Part shown: one piece after another, positions 25,140-37,004 of the stretch
Numbering within the stretch: the stretch's first letter is position 1
Layout of the letters: every line of letters begins with the position of its first letter
NCBI GenBank assembly: GCA_964016885.1
Contig: OZ024741.1
Span: 160,704,001-160,768,000, forward strand
Source of the DNA: Eledone cirrhosa
Lineage: Eukaryota
Length of the DNA: 64,000 nt
Direction of reading: 5' to 3'
Position numbers and translations under genes: made by a program
Notes under the pieces: generated by a model
What the model saw: the letters and a program-made list of their open reading frames with translations, nothing else
Database searches by the model: none
What the model was told of the DNA's origin: nothing

Positions 25140-26050
25140 CAGAATCAGTAGAGGAGCTAGTGAATAAATTCTGGCTATGGAAACAGCAGTTGGAATCAAG
25201 AGGACTGAGAGTGAGCCTAGCTAAGACTAAAGTGTTGACAAGTAGAAAAGAGGACAAAACTCTGATTCCATCAGGGAAATGGCCATGTTCAATATGTAGA
25301 AAAGGAGTTGGCATAAATTCTATAGAATGCACACAATGCAGATCTTGGGTACACAAGAGGTGTAGTGGGATAACAGGCAAACTAACAAGTAGGGAAAACT
25401 ACATATGCAGTAAATGTACAGGGAAATTTGACAGTAGAAGTCGCAGTGATAGACACATTTTTCAAACTCAGGTAGGATCTATAGAGGTGGTTGATAGCTT
25501 CCGATACCTAGGTGATATGATTAGCAAGGGAGGAGGGTGCTCCGAGGCCATTAGTATCTAGAATAAGGATGGGTTGGAAGAAGTTTAGGGAGCTGCTTCC
25601 TCTGTTGACAAAGAAGGGTTTCCCTCTACAAACTAAAGACTGGTTATATGATGCCTGTGTGAGATGCACAATGCTGCATGGTAGTGAGACACGGGCAGTA
25701 ACTGCGGATATGCAATGGCTGGAGAGAAATGAAGCAAGCATGCTCCACTGAATGTGAAATATCAATGTGCGTGAATGACCAAAATAGACGAGTTGAGAGA
25801 GAAACTGTGTATAAGAGGGATAAATTGTAGTGTACAGGAGAGAAGAATGCGTTGGTATGGACATGATGCGCATGGAGGATGACCACTGGGTAAATAAGTG
25901 CCAAGAAATCCCAGTGGAAGGAAGACCACAAAAATCATGGGCAGAGGAGATGACAAAGAATCGTGGCAAATGGAGAGATGCTGTGCTGAATAGGAGCCGT
26001 CCCACCCTTGCAAACATGGAAAAGCAGACATAAAATGATGATGATAATGA
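25140..26050 (+). mobile_element. RTE LINE 3' fragment with a PHD finger in the RT
   Basis: GLRVSLAKTK-[CSIC..CTQC..H..C..CSKC]-FRYLGD. (GAT)n tail. Confidence 0.85.
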
Positions 26051-26791
26051 TATATATATATCATCATCATCATCATTTAACGTCCATTTTCCAAGCATGG
26101 GTTAGACAGGTTGCCCTGTTGTGAGATAAACTAGGTCTGATGACAATGACTTGCTCATACGGGACTGGTTTTGGATTGGTTTCTAAGCTGGATACACATC
26201 TCCAGTGTGTGCTGGGTGTTTTTTGTCATGACACCTACACGACCACTTTACCATGTGGGCTGGGCTTTATTTGTTGTGTCACCTACATGACCACTTTACA
26301 GTGTGGGCTAGGTGCTGTGTCACCATCCTGACTACTTTATTGGGTATTGGGGAGGTAGATTTAGGAGCTTGTGTGAGGGGGCAGGTTGTTCAGGCATAGG
26401 TGGAGTTTTAGGACCTGGGAGGTGCATGAGTGGGAGGGACATGGACGAGGGAAGGTTGTTAGGGTGTGGGTGTAGTAAAAAGCATCCAGTTTATGAACAA
26501 GACACAATCACCTGATTTGACTTGTCTCACAATGCGACAACTCATCTAACCCATACAACTGTGGAAAATAGATGCTAAATGGTGATGACGATGATAATGA
26601 TGATATATTATATCTACAGCCATCTTCAGCAGTTTCCATGAAACAAATTTCACTGACAAGGCATTGGTCAACTGAAGGCTATAGTAGAAGAGATTTAGCC
26701 ATGGTGTTACACAGTGAGTGTGAACCCAAATCCATGTGGTTGTCAAGTGAACTCCTTAACCCCACAGCCATCCATATTGAAAGTTACTTAC

Positions 26792-26918
26792 CTACAACAG
26801 CATCCCCTTCTTCGAAAATCATCACACCTTCTCCTACTTCAGTGATCACCCCAGCTACATCACGGCCCACAGCATAATGTTTCTGAAGAGGATTTTTCCG
26901 GAATATTTCATCAAGAAT
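26792..26918 (-). CDS. CRYZL1: CRYZL1 exon 3 (ILDEIFRKNPLQKHYAVGRDVAGVITEVGEGVMIFEEGDAVVG)
   Basis: AG/GTAAGT boundaries, phase 0->1. Carries the GroES-like domain motif G(R)DxAGxxxxVGxxVxxFxxGDxV. Confidence 0.95.
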
Positions 26919-27569
26919 CTATCAAGTATAAATCAGTGTAAAAAGGCTAACCAACAGCCACGTTGTATGGTTTGAAAGGAGTTGTTTATTAATGTTATTA
27001 TTATTACTAGCAGAAAAACCAGCCTTCAGGTAGTTTTCTGCTAGCATGTGTAGTGTGCATATTGATATTATATGTAAATATATATGCATGTAGATATGAT
27101 ACATCAAATAAAATCGTAATTGACAATATGCACAGAAATTGAAGAGAGACTGTGTTACAGTGTCTTCTGTAATCAGTAAAGTAATCCATGATACATTTAA
27201 AAAAGACGATATTATATATAAACTGCATTACTGTGAAATTTTATGAAAACGAAAAAGGAAAAAATTAGCGACGGAAATATGAACGTTATATAATGATGCA
27301 GATATATGAACATTTATATAAGCAATATATTATAGAGTCCATTATATCATAACCGGAAGTATTGACATTTAGAAAATTTCAAAAGAAGTGAATCTTGAAA
27401 TAAGCAATAAAATTATTTATATTTAATCAAGAGTTACAAAATTTAGTACATAAATTATGTAATATTCATTCATTATTTATTCAAAGTAACACAACTTATT
27501 TTACTAACAGGATAAAAAAATATATTCAGGACACAGTCCTGCACTCCTCCCTTTATTATATTATGATTA

Positions 27570-29810
27570 TTGGCCAAATCGTTAGCGTGTTGGATGAAAT
27601 GCAATGCAAATTTTCGTTACAGCATTCTACATTCTGATTTCACATCTCACTGAGATCAACTTTGCCTTTCATACTTCCAAGGTCAATAAAATAAAGTACC
27701 AGTTAAATTCCGAGGTCAATATAATCAACTTTCCTCTTCCCCAAATTGCTGGCTTTGAGCCAATGTTAGAAAGAAAACAAAAGCAGTGGATTGACAAAAT
27801 CATTAGAGAATTGGATAAAATGCAGCATTTAGTTATAGCCCTGATGTTCTGAGTTCAAATCCTGCTGAGATCAATTTTTCCTTTCATACTTAGAAGGTCG
27901 GTCGATAAAATAAAGTAAGTAAAGGGCTGGTGTTGATATAAGCGACTCTCCTCTCCCCAACAACTGCTGGCCTTATGCCTAAATTAGAAATCCTTATTAT
28001 TAGAAATGAATATGAAGGGAGGAAAAGGAAGACCAAAAAAGACAAGGCTAACAATGATGGAGGAGAAAATAAAAGCTACTGGGTTAGTGTGAAAAGAGCA
28101 GACACTAGAGTAAAATGGAGATGCTTGTCATGAGGCCTGTATGGTTAACCCCAGCTTTAACATGGAGAATAGCCTTAACCCTTTAGCATTTACTTTATAT
28201 AAACTATTATATTTTCACGATAAAGGCTTTACCTCACATAATATCTCACATAACATTGAATCAATATGAGGAGCAGCTGATTACAGCCAGTTTGAACAGA
28301 AAGGGGTGAGAGAATTCTGGCCAGATACAGCCAGTTTAAATGCTAATGGGTTAAATGGTTGTTGTATTGTTGTATTAATGGGGTTGGTAGAATCCTTAAA
28401 GTGTTGCACAAAATGCTTCACAGCATCTGGTTATGGGTTATATTCTGGTTATATTCTGAGATCAAATCCTGCCAACATCAACTTTGCCTTTCAACTTTTT
28501 GGAGTCGATAAAATAAAGTAATCAACTTTCTCCTTCTTCCAAATTGCTGGCTTTGTACTAATATTAAAAAGAATTATCATTTAGGGCAATGAAGTAGTAG
28601 ATTAGACAAAATGTCTTGCAGCATTTAGTTATGGCCCTTTATAATCTGAGTTCAAATCTTGCCAGGGTCAAATTTGTCTTTCATCCTTCTGGGATCAATG
28701 AAATAAAATACCAATGAAGTATTGGAGTTGATATGATTGACTTTACCCTCTCCTCTACATTGCTGGCCTCGTGCCAAATTTAGAAACCATTATTGTTCAG
28801 GGCAGTAGATTGGTAGAATCATTAGTGCTGGATAAAATGCTTTGCAACATTTAGTCACATCTCTTTATGTTCTGAGTTCAAATCCTGCCAAAGTCAACTT
28901 AGCTTTTCATTTTTCTGGTATTGATAAAACAAAGTACCAGTCAAGCATGGTGGGGTGATTTAATTGACAGAATCGTCCTCCAAAATGTGTGGCATTGTAC
29001 TTATATTAGAAATTATTATTATTATTATTAGGGCGGTGGTTTGGCAGTATCAGTAGCGTGTCAGACACTATGCTTTGCAGCATAGTTATGACCCTTTACG
29101 TTCTGAGTTCAAATCCCACCAAAGTTAACTTTGCCTTTCATCCTTACGGGGTCGATAAAATAAGGTACCAGTAATGCACTGGGGTAATTGCTGGCCTTGT
29201 GCTAAAAGTAGAAACAATTATTATTATTACTACTACTATTAGGTTAACTTTGCCTTTCATCCTTACGGGGTCGATAAAATAAAGTACCAGTAATGTACTG
29301 GGTAATTGCTGGCCTTGTGCCAAAAGTAGAAACAATTATTATTATTACTACTACTATTAGGTTAACTTTACCTTTCATCCTTACGGGGTCGATAAAATAA
29401 AGTACCAGTAATGTACTGGGTAATTGCTGGCCTTGTGCCAAAAGTAGAAACAATTATTACTACTACTATGAAGGTGGTGGATTGACAGTATCATTAGAGC
29501 GTCGGACATACTTGCTTAACTTTGCCTGTCATCCTTAAGGGGTTAATAAAATAAAGCACCCATAATGCACTAGGGTCAATTTAATCGACTTTCTCCTCCC
29601 CTAAACTTGTTGGCTTTCTGGCTAAATCAGAAACAATTACTACTACTACTACTACTACTATTCCATGAGAGGGCAATGGATGGCAGAATCAGAAGAGTAG
29701 CAGACCTCAAAATTGCCTTGTAGTATTTAGTTGCATCTCTTCTCATTTTGAGATCAAATCCTGCTGAAGTTAACTATGCCGTTCACTCTCACAAGTCTTA
29801 ATAAAACAAA
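27570..29810 (+). mobile_element. Head-to-tail cluster of about 9-10 tRNA-derived SINE copies or half-copies in CRYZL1 intron 2
   Basis: Repeated GAGTTCAAATCC B boxes and GCCTTTCATCC...GATAAAATAAAGTACCAG bodies. The 3' half is triplicated with a 118-119 bp period at 29124-29460. Confidence 0.85.
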
Positions 29811-29839
29811 AATCAATGAAACAATAATGAAAGAGTTAC

Positions 29840-29917
29840 CTTCTGATTAACATGACTGAGAGCAGAGGCCTTGACTTTCACTACAACTTCGTTTTTGCCA
29901 GCTAATGGAACAGGTAC
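29840..29917 (-). CDS. CRYZL1: CRYZL1 exon 2 (VPVPLAGKNEVVVKVKASALSHVNQK)
   Basis: tttag acceptor and gtaact donor. Resembles the MDR-family 'VKLQVKACALSQINTK' segment. Confidence 0.93.
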
Positions 29918-30012
29918 CTAAATATAAAACAAACATTTAATCGTTTTATGGAGCATTGGAAAAATTTGAAAGTATGTCTGCTTTTTGTAAAGCTGCCACA
30001 ATGCAGGTTAAC

Positions 30013-30137
30013 TATAAAATAGTTGAATAAGTTAATTAAATAACCCCTGAAGACGGAAAAATTGTCCAGATGCAGGGTTTAAGTCCACTTTTTCCATCTT
30101 CAGGGATTATTTATCAAACTTATTCAACTATTTTATA
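30013..30137. repeat. Short foldback with a degenerate hammerhead core
   Basis: About 50-bp inverted arms, each containing CCCTGAAGA. AACCC/GGGTT stem I is present but the GAAA is decayed. Confidence 0.65.
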
Positions 30138-30505
30138 ATATACTACCGTTTTATATATAGAGAGATTTTTAAAAAAGGTAAACGTATAGAATAACGAACC
30201 AATGTAAGGGACGTAATTTGAAAAGAAAAGTTTTTTTTCAAATGAGTACCTCTGTTAACTATATGTGTGGTATACATATAGGTATTAATTCTATATGTGT
30301 ATATATAATAACCATATATGTGTATATATAGGTGTTAACTGTGTATATATAGATGTTAACTATATATATATATATATATATAGTTAACATCTATATATAC
30401 ACAGTTAACACCTATATATACTTGGCTTTTTGCTACAATGTTTTCTATACCTTTCATTTATATATATATATATATATTATTCAAAATATACTCATAATCA
30501 AAATA

Positions 30506-30572
30506 TATATTTTATTATACATATTTCAAAGGTACAATGGTGTTTAAGTACGTTTTCATCAGATAAAATATA
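30506..30572 (-). ncRNA. Type I hammerhead ribozyme motif, sense to CRYZL1 intron 1
   Basis: TATATTTTAT-CTGATGA-AAACGTAC..GTACCTTT-GAAA-TATGT-ATA-ATAAAATATA. Perfect 10-bp stem I and an AUA triplet. Confidence 0.75.
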
Positions 30573-30600
30573 TAAGAGATTGGATATGCGACATACCGCT

Positions 30601-32345
30601 ACATCATCATCATCATCATCATCATCGTTTAACATCCATTTTCCACGCTAGCATGGGTTTGGACGGGAATTGTCCCACTTGAGGCAAGATTGGTTGTCTT
30701 GCTCAGGACTGTCTGGCGGGTTTTCTACGGCTGGATGCTCTTCCTAACACCAACCACGTTTACAGTGGACTGGGAGGTTTTTACCATGTTACCTACACGG
30801 CCACATTACAGCGTGGACTGTGTTTTTTTTGTCGTGACACCTACACGACCTCATTTATTTCGGACTGGATGTTGTGGTACCAACATAACTTTACATCGAA
30901 AGGGGTGGTGTAGATGGCGGTGAGGGTAGGGTTAGTGGATGGGGATGTATTTTGGTTAAGAGGTGCCTACTGACTGTAGGTTTCGCTTTGTACTTAGGCA
31001 AGGCGGGTCTTTTGTATTACTGTGTAGCGCCAAAGATCTTGGTCCAGTGACATCGTCTTGGAGAGGTGTAAGTGTGTGAGGTCGGATTTTATCAAGTCGT
31101 CCCAGGTTTTTCTGGGTCTGCCTACTCCGTAGCTACTGTCTATTTTGATCGTCCTGCACTTTTTTATACAGCTGTCATCTTTCATGCACATCACATGACC
31201 ATACCAACGTAGTCTTCTCTCAAGTAAACAGTATCTGATCCCTCTTATTCCTAATTTCTCACTTAGTTCATTTATGCTTTGCCGTTCGGGCATATTACTA
31301 TTACACATCCAACGGAGCATGCAAGCTTCGTTCCTCTCCAGTCTGCGTAGATCCTCTGCACACAAGGCCCATGTCTCACTGCCATGTAACATTGCTGTTC
31401 GTATGCAGGCATCATACAGCCTGCCTTTTATTTTTAGAGAGAAACCTTTAGCGGCCAATAGTGGTATAAGCTCTCTGAACTTTTTCCATTCCATTCGGAC
31501 TCTAGCTACAGTACTTTCGGAGCACCCTCCACCACTGCTGATTTTGTCACCCAGGTAACGGAAGGTGTCCACTATTTCTATAGAACCATCTGGGCAATGG
31601 AATGAGCTAGTATTCTGTGGGCATTTGCTGCTACTTATTGCACCAGAGCACCGGCCACATATAAAATCTATATTCTTAGTTAGCTTACCTGTGATCCCAC
31701 TACATCTTTTATGCACCCATACTTTGCATTTTGGACATAAAATGGAGTTTCTGCCTACTCCTTTCCTACACACTGAGCATGGCCATTTCCCAGATGGGAC
31801 CAGTGCCCTATTCTCCTTCCTACATATTAGGACTTTAGTCTTAGACAAGTTAACTTTAAGGCCTTTTGATTCTAGGCCATGCTTCCAAGTTTGGAATTTC
31901 TTCTCTAGCTCAGCCACTGATTCGGCTATGAGCGTTAGATCATCTGCATATAGAAGTTCCCATGGGCAGCCGGTCTTGAACTCCCTCCTCCGTTATAGCT
32001 TGGAGGGCAATAATAAATAAGAGGGGGCTAAGGACGGAGCCCTAATGAACACCAACTTTTACGCTAAACTCTTCACTATATTCGTTGTTAATTCTAACCT
32101 TGCTGACTGTTTCTTTATACATGGCTTGTATAGCTCTCACAAGCCATTCATCTACACCTTAGTTTTCTAAGAGCCCACCAGATAATGGAGCGGGGGACTC
32201 TGTCAAAGGCTTTCTCCAGGTTTACAAAAGCTAAGTAGAGGGGGTGTACTTTTAGCTAGGTACTTCTCCTGTAGTTGCCGTACAATGAAAAGAGCGTCTG
32301 TGGTATTTTTACGTGACACAAACCCGAACTGCATTTCATCTAGAT
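30601..32345 (-). mobile_element. 5'-truncated RTE LINE (RT + PHD finger + 3' UTR + (GAT)n tail)
   Basis: FVNLEKAFDRVPR, GSVLSP, ELLYADDL, then ORF 30994-31917 with RRLRWYGHV and GRPRKTW. Confidence 0.9.
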
Positions 32346-32377
32346 CAACGTTTTTGATTATTCAATTCCAATACTGG

Positions 32378-33040
32378 CAGTGATTTATTTCACCAACCCT
32401 CAACGTTTTTATACCACAAATAATTGTTTCTACTTTTGGCACAAGGCCAGCAATTATCCCAGTGTATTACTGGTACTTTATTTTATAGACCCTGTAAAGA
32501 TGAAAGGGAAAGTTAACCTCGGATGAATTTGAACTCAGATCATAAAGGGAGGTAACTCTATGCTTCAAAGCATGGCGTCCGACCCTCTACCGATACTGCC
32601 AATCCACAGAGAAGAGGACATAGAGCAAGGTAGAAATATAGAAGGGGAGTTGAGATGGAAGATGCAAAGAAAAAGATGGAATATAAATAAATAAAAGAAG
32701 AAAAAGATGTAGAGAGAGAAAGGGAATAAAAACAGAATACAGCGGTTTTTTTATCCTCCCCTCTATTTTATCATTTCCTTTTCCTCTTCTTCGTTTTTCT
32801 CTATTCCCTTCTTTTTTCTCCCTGCATCTTCTTTCTTCTGTTTTTATTCCCCTTCTCTCTCTACATCTCTTTTTCTTCTTTTCTTCATTTATTTATTTAT
32901 TTATTTCCTTTCTTTTTCTTTGCATCTTCCATCTCAATTCCCCTTCTATATTTCTACCTTGCTCTATGTCCTCTTCTTCTCCAAGTTTATCATATTATTT
33001 GTGGTATAAAAACGTTGAGAGTTGGTGAAATAAATCACTG
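32378..33040. repeat. ~660-bp foldback with a SINE (32421-32607, minus) inserted in the left arm
   Basis: 32378-32424 pairs with 32994-33040 and 32608-32737 pairs with 32836-32980. Confidence 0.8.
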
Positions 33041-33099
33041 TGGTATGTCGCATATCAATATATATATATATATATTATTATTACTTTCAAAGTAATAAT

Positions 33100-33280
33100 G
33101 GTGGATTGGCAGTATCGGTGGAGGGTCGGACACCATGCTTTCCAGCATAGTTACGTCCCTTTACGATCTGAGTTCAAATCCCGCCGAGGTTGACTTTGCC
33201 TTTCATCCTTATGGGGTCGATAAAATAAAGTACCAGTAATGCACTGGGTAATTGCTGGCCTTGTGCCTAAAGTAGAAACA
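33100..33280 (+). mobile_element. tRNA-derived SINE with TSD (more copies at 34711-34880 and 34883-35060)
   Basis: A/B boxes. ATTATTACTTTCAAAGTA is duplicated on both sides. Confidence 0.85.
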
Positions 33281-34073
33281 ATTATTACTTTCAAAGTAAA
33301 AGGCGTCATGAATGATACAAAATCAAACAAATGTCTTGTCTCTAAAAACAGCTCAAGATAGAATTCAGAGAATAAAATCGAGCCTTAATCAATATAAGAA
33401 AGTGATTGAAATATATTCATAAACACGTAAGTATGCATTAAGACATATCAAAACTTACAACTAGAGACAATCTACACTGAAAGTAAGGTTACATAATTCG
33501 TTGAGTATCTTATTAAATTTAATTTAAAAATTTTTTTTTTAAATACCTGATAATGTTCAATATATTTCCCTCATATGTATTCTCCACAAAATCAGAATAC
33601 ATTTCACCAAATAACGGCGAAATTAGAAACGGATCATCGGTGAGGGAATTTTAAAATCATCTAATCTCACTCAATGCAGAGTTGAAAGTGACTAAACGCA
33701 CATGGTATCAACACATGAATTTTAGCACTCGCAACAACGTAAAGGGTTTCAAGTCCACTAGAAATAGCAGTCCAACCTCTCAACAATAAATAGCTCACCA
33801 AATAAGGAGCAGACATATTATTATTATTACTTTCAAAGTGAAGGGTGTCATGAATGATACAAAATCAAACAGATGTCTTGTCTCTAAAACAGCTCAAGAT
33901 AGAATTCAGTGAATTATATATATATATGGGATAACAAATTATTGTTATAGGTAATCCAGTTAGAGTTTGTGAGTACTCTGTACTATGGATAGTTTCAACG
34001 TACGGCGTTGTTTGACTCAACAAGAGGTTTCACAGTTAGGCAGCGAGATCGCGAGAATTCCTATGCAGATTAA

Positions 34074-34303
34074 ATAGTGAAAAATTGAAGAATAATACGG
34101 TCAGCTGTACAAAAAGGGTTTTATTTACAGTATTAACAATTGTTTCATCGATTAGGTATGTCTAAAGGCCGTAAATCACTTGAAGACACAACTTCGAGTG
34201 ATTAGCGGCCTTTAGACATACCTAATCAATGAAACAATTGTTAATATTGTAAATAAAACCCTTTTTGTACAGCTGACAATGTTATTCTTTAATTTTTCAC
34301 TAT
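34074..34303. repeat. 230-bp near-perfect palindrome containing a hammerhead 3' half (GAAAC-AATT-GTT) in each arm
   Basis: Arms of about 112 bp with a loop of about 6 nt at 34186-34191. Confidence 0.85.
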
Positions 34304-34556
34304 ATATATATAAGTATTAACTATATAGGTATGTACATATAATAACCATATATGTGTATATATAGGTGTTAACTAAATATATGGAGTAAAATATATGGAG
34401 TAGGGTTAGGCGTGTATTGTATATATATAATACACGCCTATACATACATTTATAAGGATGCATGGCATAGTTATTATATATACACACATATAGAGTTAAT
34501 ACCTATATGTATACCACATATATATAGTTATGTAATAAACAACATAAGATAATTAT

Positions 34557-34617
34557 TTCATTTACCAGTGGTTTCTTGAAAGCAGATGTTGTATCTGTTT
34601 TCGGTCGTCAGAATGAA
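34557..34617 (-). ncRNA. Type I hammerhead ribozyme motif, sense to CRYZL1 intron 1, overlapping a 100-bp palindrome (34604-34705)
   Basis: TTCATT-CTGACGA-c[cGAAAaCAGAT acaac ATCTGcTTTCa]a-GAAAC-cactg-GTA-AATGAA. Perfect 6-bp stem I and a GUA triplet. Confidence 0.75.
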
Positions 34618-36459
34618 TAAAAAATATGGTGTTTTTATTAAATATGGATTTGTTTTCAAATCCATATTTAATAAACACACTATATTTTTTATTCATTCTG
34701 ACGACATTATTGGATTGGTAGTATCGGTAGAGGGTCGGACGCCATGCTTTCAAGCATAGTTACGTCCCTTTACGATCTGAGTTCAAATCCCGCCGAGGTT
34801 GACTTTGCCTTTCATCCTTACGGGGTCGATAAAATAAAGTACCAGTAATGCACTGGGTAATTGTGCCTAAAGTAGAAACAAGTATCGGTAGAGGGTCGAA
34901 CGCCATGCTTTGCCGCATAGAGTTACGTCCCTTTGCGGTCTGAGTTCAAATCCTATCGAGGTTAACTTTGCCTTTCATCCTTACGGAGTCGATAAAATAA
35001 AGTACCAGTAATGCACTGAAATAATTGCTGGCCTTGTGCTAAAAGGTAGAAACAATTATTTGTACAATATAAGAATGATCCTATAGGCTCAAGTTGACCA
35101 ATACAGTGTGAGTGGTCGACGGAAATACCAGAAACCCGTCGTGCATGGGTGTTTATGTTTGTGTCGTAAAGTAGAGTGTTCGACAAAAAGAGATTTATAA
35201 AATAAGTACCAAATTGTAGAAGAAGAATTTGGGGTCAATATGATCGACTACATCAGGGCGACCGCAGTCAAATAAATTAAACCGGTAAAAGAATAGTGAG
35301 ATAACATCCTAAATTCGTCAACTGAGATACGCCCCCTTTTTTTGTTTTGTCTTTTTGCAGTAAACAATTATTTTCTCGTTTTATTTCAATTGTCATACAT
35401 ATTTTAAATAGTTAATAAAAGCGTAGATATCAGCAACCTATACCATTGATACCCCTAGTGATATGGACCCGGGCAGTGTCGGAGAATGCTCTCTAGTGTG
35501 CAGAACATCAGGCGCAAGCTGCTTTGTGGTCCCAGCTGACAGAATGGAGAAAGTGATACCACGGAAGTTAACGAAGGAGATACGTTGAAATAGACATTCC
35601 AACTGGGTGGGGGGCTCACCCCTGCGGGGGGCCAACTCTGTCCCGATAGTAGTGGGTAGGGAAGTTGTACGAGGACAAAGAATACAAGGAGTCTCCACCG
35701 CTACAAGTTCAAAGACAATTATTACTTATTATAGTTACATGGATCTCAGATCGTGTGATGAAACTAATCAAGGAAGTGTCGCAAATAACCCTTCCCTTTT
35801 GATACCAAATCATCCCTGGTCCTATGTTACAAAACTGTTTTAAAGTGTTTATATTTATACATAAGCCTCCTATCATAATTTTATGTAAGAAGCTTCGTTA
35901 AGTTATGTTGCAGACTAGTTTCATAATCAGACATTTATATTATTAAATCCCACCAAATTTCGTATTATTTTCGAATTAGACAATTAAAAATATAATAATG
36001 AAAGTGTTAAAACACGTATATACCGTTATATTAACTTTTATAATACATACAATACTATCTAAAATATAAGTTGTGATAGTATATATTATACAATGTCTAT
36101 CTACAACTTGACGATAAACACAAATGGCTATGAGTCTTCTTTCACAAATGGATTAAATTTACAATGTGATTGCAATGTTTCGGGTATAATTGACAATTGA
36201 TCTCGTTTGTTCCTCTCATATATATGCGTGTGTGTGTGTACATATATACACACAAATAACCAAGAAACACTCTCTTGGGATATAGTGATATATGTGTATA
36301 TGTGATGACTGAATATAATCGATATGACGCTTTGAAGAACTAACTGTTGCAATGTTTTAAATATTGATCGGAACATTGGGAACACTCCATCTCTTTGACA
36401 GAAAAAAGAAACAATAATAATTAAAATAATAATAACTGATTCCAAAGAAAATAACTCAC

Positions 36460-36531
36460 ATCGGTCTTAAGAACATACTTCGATGTTCCTTCGTCCGAAT
36501 TAACAGACAGCCGCCCAAACACAGCTTTCAT
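36460..36531 (-). CDS. CRYZL1: CRYZL1 exon 1 (MKAVFGRLSVNSDEGTSKYVLKTD), phase 0 donor
   Basis: ATG at 36531-36529 and GTGAGT donor. Joins in frame to exon 2. Length matches the N-terminus of vertebrate CRYZL1, but similarity is weak in this exon. Confidence 0.8.
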
Positions 36532-37004
36532 GTTGACCGGTGTCGAAGGAAATTGTGCATCGGTTTTAAAATAGACCGAAAACCCACCCCTGGATCCTTG
36601 GAGCTCGAACATATTCTTTAAACTCGACTCAATTTCAAATTCAGCTAGAATTCTTAACTAAATTTGTAATTGAAGCTGTTAGTGTGTTGCTGTTTAAATT
36701 TATTTGTTGTTTTTGTTTTCATAAGGTTTGATCGTTGACTGACTGATGGTGGTGGTGGCAGTTGATGTTGTTTGGCTTTTTATCATTTTGATGCTACTGT
36801 TGTTGTTGTAGATGTTGGTGTTGTTGGTTTTGATGCCGTTGTTGTTGTTGTAAATATTGGTGCTGGTGTTCGTTTTGATGTTATTTTTGTTGTTGTTGTA
36901 GATGTTAGTGTTCATTGATCGTTTTGACTGATTGGTGGTGATGGCAGTTAATGTTTGACTTTTTATTGTTTTGATGCTGCTATTGTTATAGATGTTGAGA
37001 ATCT

